DNA of 64,000 nt, from NCBI GenBank assembly GCA_965206285.1, contig OZ242205.1:3330149-3394148 (forward strand), written 5' to 3'. Every line of letters begins with the position of its first letter. Position 1 is the first letter of the stretch. The notes beneath the pieces were generated by a model, which saw nothing but the letters and a program-made list of their open reading frames with translations, was not told the DNA's origin and ran no database searches. Below, one piece after another: positions 19,279 through 27,677 of this stretch. The position numbers and the translations under genes were made by a program. This DNA is from Vicinamibacterales bacterium (GTDB lineage: Bacteria > Acidobacteriota > Vicinamibacteria > Vicinamibacterales > UBA8438).

Positions 19279-19812
19279 ATGACCGACGACAAGACGGACG
19301 TACCCTGCCCGACCAGGACCCTGGCCGTGCGCTCCGACGGAACGATCGTCCGGGGACTGGCGGCCACCGGGACCGAAGCCCGCCGCTGGCTCGAAGCCGT
19401 GCAGACCCACGGCCGCAGAACCGCCCTGGCGCAAGTCGCGTTAGCCGCGACGACACCGGCGACACCGGGAGAGGGCCACAAGGGGACGACGGTCTCCGCC
19501 CGCAACTGGCGAGTCGTCACCGACTGGACGACCCCGGGCGCGGAGACCTACGACCCCAGAGGACTCGAGGAGACACCGCCGGGGAGCCGCACAGTGATAA
19601 TCGACCAGCAGGGCGAGCTCCACGAGCTGACCGCCCCCGCCGACCCCGCGCCGGACAGCAACCCCAGGACGTTTCTGGAATACCTCGCCGCCCTCGGAAC
19701 GGCCGGGAAACACCCCCTGGCCGTCGTCCACGCGGCCCCCGCGGCACCGCCCTGGATCGGAGTGCAACGCGACCGGACGGGCGTGACGGAACTGACCGGC
19801 GACGATGACTGA
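19279..19812 (+). CDS. Hypothetical protein
   Basis: ATG at 19279 (MTDDKTDVPCPTRTLAVRSDG...). The stop overlaps a following ATG (GATGACTGA). No recognisable domain; may be non-coding. Confidence 0.25.
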   Translation: MTDDKTDVPCPTRTLAVRSDGTIVRGLAATGTEARRWLEAVQTHGRRTALAQVALAATTPATPGEGHKGTTVSARNWRVVTDWTTPGAETYDPRGLEETPPGSRTVIIDQQGELHELTAPADPAPDSNPRTFLEYLAALGTAGKHPLAVVHAAPAAPPWIGVQRDRTGVTELTGDDD

Positions 19813-22562
19813 CAGCAAGCTCCCGACCGTCCCGCTGCCCCGGCACCTTCACCCACGGTCATGTTCCGCGATCCCCTCGCAATCGAAAAGTGCCGGCTCG
19901 AATCCATCCTCTGGGCGCGTCGCATCGCCGGGGGCGGTCGGTCGCAGGACTGATGCTCGCTCGGTCCGACCCGCGCCGCCGCAGGCCACACTGGAGGCCG
20001 GGATCTGGTCGTCGGGAACGGCAGCGTTGGCTGCGCCGGCTCCGTCTGGCCGCCGAACTCTCGTTGGGCTAGAATCGGAACCCATTGGAACACGCTCGGC
20101 CGGAGCCTGGAGCGCGTCGAGCGACGGACGATACAGCCCCTGGGAAAACTCATGAGTGTTATAGCAAAGGCAATCGCCGACCGCCAAAGTGAGATCGAGC
20201 GCCTGCAGGCGGAAATCAAGGCGTTGAACGACGTCGACAAGATGCTCGGGACCTCCGCTCCGGCGAAGCCCGCGGCTCGGCGCTCCTCCTCGCGGCGGCC
20301 GGCGGCTGCGGCCACCCCGGTCGCGGAGACCGCGTCCGACGCCAAGCCGACGAGGAAGCGCCGACCGATGACGGCCGAAGAGAAGAAGGCGGTTTCCGAG
20401 CGGATGACAGCCTCTTGGGCCGAGCGCAGAAAGAAAGCCGCGAAGTAGCCCGCCGGGGCCGCGACGAGTACGTGCCCGTCCGCGGTCGGTGTATCCTTCT
20501 GACCGCAGATCTTCCGAGGTCGTTCCCGCCACGCGGCGCGTCGAGCCAAGCGTCGACCCGCGCGGCCTCGTGGCCCGGCTGGGGGGCGTCGCGCCGTCCG
20601 CCCCCGGCCGGCACAACCAGCCCAGCGCGGGCCGCCCAATCGCCTGGAGCCCGTGCCGAGCAGCAGCAGACCGAGGGCTATCGCGCCGGCCACGGGCAAT
20701 GCCGGCACGGGTATCGGCTCCGCGGTCGGCGTCCCCGTCACCTCCGCCGACGGCGGGCCGTCGTTGGCGCCGGTCCGGGTCGCGATCACCCGCACCGTGT
20801 ATTCCGTGCCGTTGGTGAGACTGTCGATCGTGTGGCGCGTGGTCGACCCCGGAGCGACCGTGGCCTGCCGGTCGCCGGTGTCGTAGTCTTCGCTGCCCGA
20901 CTTCCACTGCACCTTGTAGCCCGTGGCGTTGTCCACCGCCGTCCAGGTCACCGCCAGGTGCGCGTTGCCCGGTGCGACCCCCACCCCCATCACCTGGCCG
21001 GGGGCGGTGGTGGTGGCGGGCAGGCTCAGACGCAGCGTTACGGTGTCGCCGGAGGACCAGGAGAGGCCGGTAACAAAGATGAATGCGAGACTTGAGGTGC
21101 GTCCCAGTGCGGACCAGAAGTCAAGATCCGCAGCGCAGACATGTAGCCGCAGCCCGGCCCTATCCCCGGCCGTGAGTCTGGTATTGGTCGTGGCAAAGGT
21201 CAGCACCGGCCGCCTCAACGAAACCAGCCCGATCGTGTATTCGTTCGCACGGACGGTGAAGGTCTGGTCGTCCAGGCTGCCGAAGCTCCCGCTCTCGTAA
21301 CCGAACGCGCCAGCCTTGTCGGGATCGACGGCCACCGTCATCGAACTGGTCCAGATCACGTTGCGGCCGCTCAGGGCGGGGACGGCGCAGGCGGCCGTCC
21401 CCGCCGCGGCCACCGGCGCCGTCGGCTCGCTGGTGAGCGTCTCGGTATTGGCGCCGTCGTCGGCGAAGGTCACCCTCACCTTGATCGTCTTGCCCAGGTC
21501 GGCGTCGACCAGGGTGTAGGTGTTCGAATTCGCGCCCGAAATGTTGGCATCCGTGCCGTTCACCCGGATCCACTGGTACTCGTACATGGGGCTGGTCAGC
21601 CCGTCCGCATCCGTGATGCCGGTGGTGGCCGCCGTCAGCGTCTGGCCCAACTGCGCCGTGCCCGCGATGGTCGGCGCGCCCATCGCCGCGTTGTTCGCCG
21701 GCGTCACATTGACCGTCATCGTGTAGGCGCTGTCGCTGTCGACCGTGCCGTCGTTCACCTTGAAGGTGAAGGTCGTGTAGGGAGTGCCGCTCCCGCCCGT
21801 CACCGGGGTGAAGACAAGCTTGCTCGCGTCGATGTCGGCCTTCGTGACGGCCAGGTTCGCCGTGACCGCCGTGCCGTCGTACGTCAGCGAGCCCACCCCC
21901 GGCAGCGTCACGATCCTCACGCTCGCCAGCGTGTCGCCGGTGTCCGTGTCGGCGAAGCCGAAGTCGTCCGCCTCGAAGGCGTACGCGCTGTCTTCGCCCG
22001 TCGTCAACGTCTTGTCGGCCGCCGTCGGCGCGGTGTTGGTGGAGGCGGCGGTGAGCTTGACCGTGATGTCGGTGCCGGCGGTCAGGGAGACGCCAGAGCT
22101 GTCCCAGATCCTGCTGCGGGCGGTGATGGTGTCGGCGTCGGCGAGGACGAGGGAGGTGCTGCCGACCACGAGGGTGAGGGCGGCGGTGGCGGTGGTGATG
22201 TCGGCGTCGACCTCGAAATCGAGACTCTCCGTCGGAGCGGACGAAGAGCACGGTGATGTTGTAGTCGGTGGAGTCGTGGTTGAAGCTGTCTTCGGAGAGG
22301 ACGGAGGTGCTGCTGCATCGCGCGGTGTCGACGCCGTTGGTGCAGCCGAGGGCGCCGAAGCGCTGAGGTCGGCGGGGGTGAGGGTGGCGGTCCAGACCTC
22401 GGTCTGGGCCTGCGCGGGCGCGGCCAGGGCCAGCAGCGTGGCGGCGGCCAGCAGGGCCACGCAGGCCCGCGCGCCACGCAGCAGGGTTGCGGCGTTGTCA
22501 CGCGGGCGGAGCCGCCGCCGCAGGGAGGACCGGTGCGGTTCGCTTGCGCTCAGCCGAGACAT
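19548..22562 (-). CDS. Adhesin B: cadherin-like/FN3 surface protein with signal peptide. The ORF lacks a stop after the sorting signal and reads through about 350 extra codons.
   Basis: Starts MSRLSASEPHRSSLRRRLRPRDNAATLLRGARACVALLAAATLLALAAPAQAQTEVWTATLTP. One GYKVQW FN3 module. Sorting module AEPIPVPALPVAGAIALGLLLLGTGSRRLGGPRWAG ends at ~20619. Downstream of that point the ORF is antisense to gene 20152-20448. Confidence 0.7.
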   Translation of the reverse strand: MSRLSASEPHRSSLRRRLRPRDNAATLLRGARACVALLAAATLLALAAPAQAQTEVWTATLTPADLSASAPSAAPTASTPRDAAAPPSSPKTASTTTPPTTTSPCSSSAPTESLDFEVDADITTATAALTLVVGSTSLVLADADTITARSRIWDSSGVSLTAGTDITVKLTAASTNTAPTAADKTLTTGEDSAYAFEADDFGFADTDTGDTLASVRIVTLPGVGSLTYDGTAVTANLAVTKADIDASKLVFTPVTGGSGTPYTTFTFKVNDGTVDSDSAYTMTVNVTPANNAAMGAPTIAGTAQLGQTLTAATTGITDADGLTSPMYEYQWIRVNGTDANISGANSNTYTLVDADLGKTIKVRVTFADDGANTETLTSEPTAPVAAAGTAACAVPALSGRNVIWTSSMTVAVDPDKAGAFGYESGSFGSLDDQTFTVRANEYTIGLVSLRRPVLTFATTNTRLTAGDRAGLRLHVCAADLDFWSALGRTSSLAFIFVTGLSWSSGDTVTLRLSLPATTTAPGQVMGVGVAPGNAHLAVTWTAVDNATGYKVQWKSGSEDYDTGDRQATVAPGSTTRHTIDSLTNGTEYTVRVIATRTGANDGPPSAEVTGTPTAEPIPVPALPVAGAIALGLLLLGTGSRRLGGPRWAGCAGRGRTARRPPAGPRGRAGRRLARRAAWRERPRKICGQKDTPTADGHVLVAAPAGYFAAFFLRSAQEAVIRSETAFFSSAVIGRRFLVGLASDAVSATGVAAAAGRREEERRAAGFAGAEVPSILSTSFNALISACRRSISLWRSAIAFAITLMSFPRGCIVRRSTRSRLRPSVFQWVPILAQREFGGQTEPAQPTLPFPTTRSRPPVWPAAARVGPSEHQSCDRPPPAMRRAQRMDSSRHFSIARGSRNMTVGEGAGAAGRSGACCQSSSPVSSVTPVRSRCTPIQGGAAGAAWTTARGCFPAVPRAARYSRNVLGLLSGAGSAGAVSSWSSPCWSIITVRLPGGVSSSPLGS
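20152..20448 (+). CDS. Small basic coiled-coil protein (possible nucleic-acid binding)
   Basis: MSVIAKAIADRQSEIERLQAEIKALNDVDKML...KRRPMTAEEKKAVSERMTASWAERRKKAAK. Lower GC. A TAGAAT box at ~20069 lies upstream. Confidence 0.55.
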   Translation: MSVIAKAIADRQSEIERLQAEIKALNDVDKMLGTSAPAKPAARRSSSRRPAAAATPVAETASDAKPTRKRRPMTAEEKKAVSERMTASWAERRKKAAK

Positions 22563-22722
22563 GACGCACCCCGTCGGCTCTCGGCGTGACGGCCGGTTCT
22601 TCTGGAGTACGATTCATTTCTGAAGAACAAACTCATTCCGGTGCTCCCACTCCCTGACAGTTCCGGCATGCTCGAAACCGGTCCGCACGATTCAGGCGGC
22701 CGAGGCCCCGGAGCCCTCCACG
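22563..22722 (-). promoter_or_regulatory. Conserved adhesin 5' leader, copy B (no AT-rich promoter attached)
   Basis: 22563-22722 aligns with 27379-27624 apart from the extra heptamers and a ~78-nt insertion in copy C. It contains the stem GTTCTTC(19 nt)GAAGAAC at 22596-22629. Confidence 0.5.
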
Positions 22723-23135
22723 GCGAGCCTGCGCATCAGCGCCAGCCTCGGCCTCGAGACGGTGCTGAACGAGGTCGTCGAGAGCGCCCGGGCCCTCACC
22801 GGCGCGCGCTACGGCGCCCATCGCCACCATCGACGAGGCCGGCGCCCCCCAGGACTTCGTCACCTCGGGCTTCACCGCGGACGAGCACCGGCACATCGTG
22901 GAATGGCCCGACGGGCCGCGGCTCTTCGAGCTCTTCCGCGACCTGCCGGAACCGCTGCGCATCCCCGACGTGCCCGCCCATGTCCGCGCGCTCGGCTTCT
23001 CGCCCGACCGGCGGCTGCCCTCGAAGACCTTCCAGGGCACGCCGATGCGCCACCTCGGCGTCCATGTCGGCAACTTCTACCTGGTCGAGAAGGCGGGCGG
23101 GGAGGCGTTCACGGACGAGCGCGGGGTCGGCTACC
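22723..23135 (+). pseudogene. GAF-sensor gene stub 2 (lacks promoter and first ~25 codons; frameshifted)
   Basis: SLRISASLGLETVLNEVVESARALTGARYG, then an extra C in the run at 22817-22819, then EWPDGPRLFELFRDLPEPLRIPDVPAHVRALGFSPDRRLPSKTFQGTPMRHLGVHVGNFYLVEKAGGEAFTDERGVGY. It ends at the duplication joint 23135/23136. Confidence 0.65.
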
Positions 23136-26100
23136 AGCCCAGCGCGGGCCGCCCAATCGCCTGGAGCCCGTGCCGAGCAGCAGCAGGCCGAGGGCTATCG
23201 CGCCGGCCACGGGCAATGCCGGCACGGGTATCGGCTCCGCGGTCGGCGTCGCCGTCACCTCCGCCGACGGCGGGCCGTCGTTGGCGCCGGTGCGGGTCGC
23301 GATCACCCGCACCGTGTATTCCGTGCCGTTGGCGAGGCCGTCGATCGTGTGGGTCGTGGTCGACCCCGGAGCGACCGTGGCCTGCCGGGCGCCGGTGTCG
23401 TAGTCGTCGCCGCCCGACCTCCACTGCACCTTGTAGCCCGTGGCGTTGTCCACCGCCGTCCAGGCCACCACGAGCTGCGCGTCGCCCGGTTCGACCGTCA
23501 CCCCCGTCACCCGGGCGGTGTCGTTGTCGTTCACCGTCACCGCCACGCCGGCGATCGGGATGCCCTCGTAGCCGCTGTCCGGGCTCGCCGCGCCGTGGGT
23601 CAGCGAGACCGACTCGTCCGCGGTGTCCGCATCGTTGCCGGCCGTCACCGTCACCGTCCGGGCCGTGTCCCAGTCCGTCGTGGTGAAGGTCAGGGCGCCC
23701 GGGGTCGGGGTCACGGCCGTGCCCGCGTGCCCGCCGACCGTGACCGTGACATTCGCCGTCGGCCGGGTATCGAGGACCACCGTGTAGCTGTCCCCGGTCG
23801 GGTCCTCCTCCGGCACCGTCAGCGCCGACTTCGACACCGTGACGCCCGGCGTGGTCGGCACCGCCGGCATCCCCGTCACCTCCGCCGCCGGCGGGCCGTC
23901 GGCGGCCCCGGTCCGGGTCGCGATCACCCGCACCGTGTATGCCGTGCCGTTGGCGAGGCCGGAAATCGTGTGGCTCGTGGTCGACCCCGAAGTGACCGTG
24001 GCCTGCCGGTCGCCGGTGTTGTAGTCCTGGCCGCCCGACTTCCACTGCACCTTGTAGCCCGTGGCGTTGTCCACCGCCGTCCATCTCACCACCACTTGCG
24101 AGTTACCCGGTGCGACCGTCACTCCCGTCACCTGCTCGAGGGGCTCGCTCGGCGGCGGCGGTGGCGGGGGCGGGGGCGGCGGCGGCGGGGACACCGTCGG
24201 CGTCCCCGTCATCTCCGCCGACGGCGGGCCGTCATCGGCGCCGGTCCGGGTCGCGATCACCCGCACCGTGTATTCCGTGCCGTTGGCGAGGCCGGGAATC
24301 GTGTGGCTCGTGGTCGACCCCGAAGTGACCGTGGCCTGCCGGTCGCCGGTGTCGTAGCCCTGGCTTCCCGACCTCCACTGCACCTTGTAGCCCGTGGCAT
24401 TGTCCACCGCCGTCCAGGTCACCACCAACTGCGCGTCGCCCGGCGCGACCGTCACCCCCATCACCCGGGCCGTGGCGTTTACCGCCGGCGTCCCCGTCAT
24501 CTCCGCCGACGGCGGGCCGTCGTCGGCGCCGGTCCGGGTCGCGATCACCTGCACCGTGTATTCCGTGCCGTTGGCGAGGCCGGGAATCGTGTGGCTCGTG
24601 GTCGACCCCGGAGTGACCGTGGCCTGCCGGTCGCCGGTGTTGTAGCCCTGGCTTCCCGACCTCCACTGCACCGTGTAGCCCGTGGCGTAATCCACCGCCG
24701 TCCACGTCACCACCAGCTGCGCGTTGCCCGGTGCGACCCCCACCCCCGTCACCTGCTCGAGGGACACCGTCGGCGTCCCCGTCATCTCCGCCGACGGCGG
24801 GCCGTCGGCGGCGCCGGTCCGGGTCGCGATGACCTGCACCGTGTATTCCGTGCCGTTGACGAGGCTGTCGATCGTGTGGCGCGTGGTCGACCCCGAAGTG
24901 ACCGTGGCCTGCCGGTCGCCGGTGTTGTAGCGCTGGCTCAGGGACCTCCACTGCACCTTGTAGCCCGTGGCGTTGGCCACCGCCGTCCAGGTCACCACCA
25001 GTTGCCCGTTGCCCGGTGCGACCCCCACCCCCGTCACCTGCTCGAGGGGCTCGCTCGGCGGCGGCGGAGCCTGTCCACAGTCGACGGAGATCCGATGGTC
25101 GGCCGCATCGGAGGTGTGCCAGACGCGACCGAAACCAGAGAGCGTCTCGCACGAAAACCGATGCAGGTCAGGCTTGGTCCTGCGCTGTACCTCGCCAGTG
25201 AATCTCAGCTCATCGCTGTTCCCAAGGGTTGGTTCATCGCCGCCCTCGTCGAACTTTTCGACAAACAACGCGCTTCCCTCGGACGTCCAGATCGCTCGGA
25301 TCTGTCCGTCATCGGACACCGCACACGGCAGCGTGTCGTGCCGACTCGTTTCAACAAGAGCCAGCACGTTGTCGGCGTTGGGGTCCGAGTCGCACGCGAG
25401 TGCCGTGACCGCAACGTTGACCTTGTGGCGGGTCCTGGCGCCCACCTCCTGGTGGGTGAGCACGGCGGTGAGCCCGCCCATCGTGCCCACGATCGCGTCC
25501 CCCGTGTCGAGCTTGATCGTGCGGTCCTGATTCCCGGCCCAGATGCCGTTGTCGTCGATGTCGTCTGCCACGACCGTGTAGCTGAACACGAGCGCCGTCG
25601 TGCCCGAGCCGCTCGACAGCACGGCGCGCCGACGGGTCGGGGGAGGCATGCCTTGGGTGCAGCTTCCTGCGCCCGAACTGCCCAGGCAGAACTCGAACTC
25701 CGGCGTGCCCGTGACCGTCACGGCCTGGTCGAAGGTCACCGTGAACTGGATCATCTCGCCGGTCTCGTAGACGGTGCCCGATGCCGGCATCGAGGTGACG
25801 TCCACGTTGTTCACCATCGGGGCGGTGTTGGTGCCGGTGCCCGTCGTCCCGCTGCCCGGGCCTGACCATGCCCCGTCGCCGTCGGAGTTCACCGCGAGCA
25901 CGTGCACCTGGTAGGACGTCGCCGCCGTCAGGCCGGTGATGGTCGCCGTCCTCCCGGTGCCCGTATGCGGATGGTTTATCCAATTGCCGCTCACGCCCGC
26001 CCGGTACTCCACCTTGTAGCCGGTGATCGCCGGGCGCCGGTGATCGCCGGGCCGTGTTGAAGAGCGGCGCCGCCCAGCTCACGTCCAGGCTCGTCGTGCT

Positions 26101-27378
26101 CCCCGAGGTCGCCGTCACCGTGGGCATCCCCGGCGCCAGCGGCTTCTCCACCGCGTTGTCAACGGTGATCGTCACCGCGATCGTGTCCGTGCCGCCGTTG
26201 CCGTCGTCGGCCTTCACCGTCACCGAATAGCTTGCCTTGGTCTCCCGGTCGAAGTTTAAACCACCCTGCGTCCGGATCTGCCCGCTGGAGTCGATGCTGA
26301 ACTTCGCCGCGTCCGTGCCTTCCAGGCTGTAGGTGAGCGTGTCGCCATCCGCGTCCGTCGCCGTCACCACGGCGCCCACGTCGACCGCATCGGGTTGAGC
26401 GGGGCCCACCGACTCGGTGAAGCTCCGGGTCGCCGTGGCGGTCCGCAAACACCGGGGGGGTGTTGGCCGCCGAGACCACGATATCGAAGGTGTCGCTGAC
26501 CGAGTCGGTGCCGTCGTTCGCCGTCACCTTTACCGAGACGGTCCCCAGGTCCGCGGTCGCCGGCGTGCCCGAGAACGTGCGCGTGGCGGCGGTGAAGCTC
26601 AGCCACGAGGGCAGCGCGGAATCGTCGGATTGGGTCGCCGTGTAGGTCAGCGTGTCGCCGGTGTCCGTGTCGGCGAACGTGTTGGCCGGAAACGCATAGT
26701 TGAGCGCCGTGCCCACCGTCGCCGTCTGGTCATCGATCGGGTTCGCCACCGTCGGGGCGGCGTTGGTGGAGGCGGTCAAGGTGAGCTTGACCGCGATGTC
26801 GGTGCCGACGGTCAGGGATGACGCCAGAGCTGTGCCCGACCCTCTTGCGAAAATACTGAATGGTGTCGGCGTCGGCGACCGGATCCGCAGTCCGGAGTCC
26901 GTGCTGCCGACCACGAGGGTGAAGGAGAACGACAAAATACGGTGGCGGTGGTGTCGTCGTGCGTCGTAAACGCTCGCCTGAATTCGAACTGTCGGTCAGG
27001 TCGGCGACCTCTACTCCAGGGAGCTCCAGAAGTGCCCTTGGTGATGTTGTAGTCGGTGGAGTCGTGAGTTGAAGCTTGTCGTTGGGACGAGGACTTCCGG
27101 AGGTGCCGCTGCATCGCGCGGTCGTAAATTGTTGACGCCGGTTAGGCTGATAGCCGCTGGATGCCGTTTGAGTTCTTGAGTTTGTCGCCGGGGGTGAGGG
27201 TGGCGGTCCAGACCTCGGTCTGGGCCTGCGCGGGCGCGGCCAGGGCCAGCAGCGCGGCAGCGGCCAGCAGGGCCACGCAGGCCCGCGCGCCACGCAGCAG
27301 GGTTGCGGCGTTCTCACGCGGGCGGAGCCGCCGCCGCAGGGAGGACCGGTGCGGTCCGCTTGCGCTCAGCCGCGGCAT
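23109..27378 (-). pseudogene. Adhesin C: largest cadherin-like/FN3 surface-protein paralogue. The 3' 2.9 kb is open; the 5' 1.4 kb is broken by several frameshifts and stops.
   Basis: Start at 27378 (MPRLSASGPHRSS...AQAQTEVWTATLTPGD) hits a stop at 27142. The remainder is spread over ORFs 26812-27114, 26730-27317, 26159-26935, 25351-26448 and 23109-26012. An indel/duplication lies at 26030-26060 (GGTGATCGCCGGGC twice). Five GYKVQW FN3 modules. The tail matches adhesin B. Confidence 0.75.
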
Positions 27379-27390
27379 GACGCACCCCGT

Positions 27391-27414
27391 CGGCTCTCGG
27401 CTCTCGGCTCTCGG
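27391..27414. repeat. Heptanucleotide tandem repeat (CGGCTCT)x3, 13 nt upstream of the adhesin C start codon
   Basis: Read directly: cggctct cggctct cggctct cgg. On the coding strand this is (GAGAGCC)3. Confidence 0.9.
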
Positions 27415-27460
27415 CGTTTCCCTCCGCTGCTGGCCGCAGCGCCGGGAAACGCCGAGAGCC
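27406..27460 (-). promoter_or_regulatory. Perfect 17-bp inverted repeat (hairpin) in the adhesin C leader
   Basis: GGCTCTCGGCGTTTCCC (27406-27422) pairs with GGGAAACGCCGAGAGCC (27444-27460). The 21-nt loop contains GCTGC/GCAGC. It is absent from the copy B leader. Confidence 0.6.
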
Positions 27461-27677
27461 GGCACAGCAAGTCCGGCCGGGCCGCCCGGCGGCGTGACGG
27501 CCGGTTCTTCTGGAGTACGATTCATTTCTGAAGAACAACCCATTCCAGTGCTCCCACTCGCTGACCGGCATGCCCGAAACCGGTCCGCACGATTCCGGCG
27601 GCCGAGGCCCCGGAGCCCTCCACGCGGCCCTGCCAGGCCCTCCCGCAAACCCGTCCCCACAAGATTTTGCTCCTGGT

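Larger units (their letters stand above)
27379..27677 (-). promoter_or_regulatory. Adhesin C 5' leader (~300 nt) between the AT-rich promoter island and the start codon
   Basis: Conserved with 22563-22722. Stem GTTCTTC/GAAGAAC at 27504-27536 with an upstream ATG (27525) in its loop. Confidence 0.5.

Noticed and set aside
22641-25865. 1074-aa plus-strand ORF (and the similar 641-aa ORF at 9088-11013), the longest ORFs in the window
   Set aside because: They lie antisense to the FN3/cadherin repeats. Their translation is Arg/Gly/His/Pro-rich with no domain-like sequence, while the minus strand gives textbook FN3 and cadherin motifs. These are open antisense frames typical of high-GC repeats.
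8872-27378. Diversity-generating retroelement (near-identical FN3 modules as template/variable repeats)
   Set aside because: There is no reverse transcriptase or accessory gene in the window. Differences between modules are not restricted to adenine positions, and indels are common.
27461-27677. c-di-GMP (GEMM) riboswitch in the adhesin leader
   Set aside because: The context is attractive, but I could not find the conserved GEMM-I/II core sequences (e.g. ACGCAAAGC-type tetraloop-receptor segments). It is kept only as an unclassified leader.
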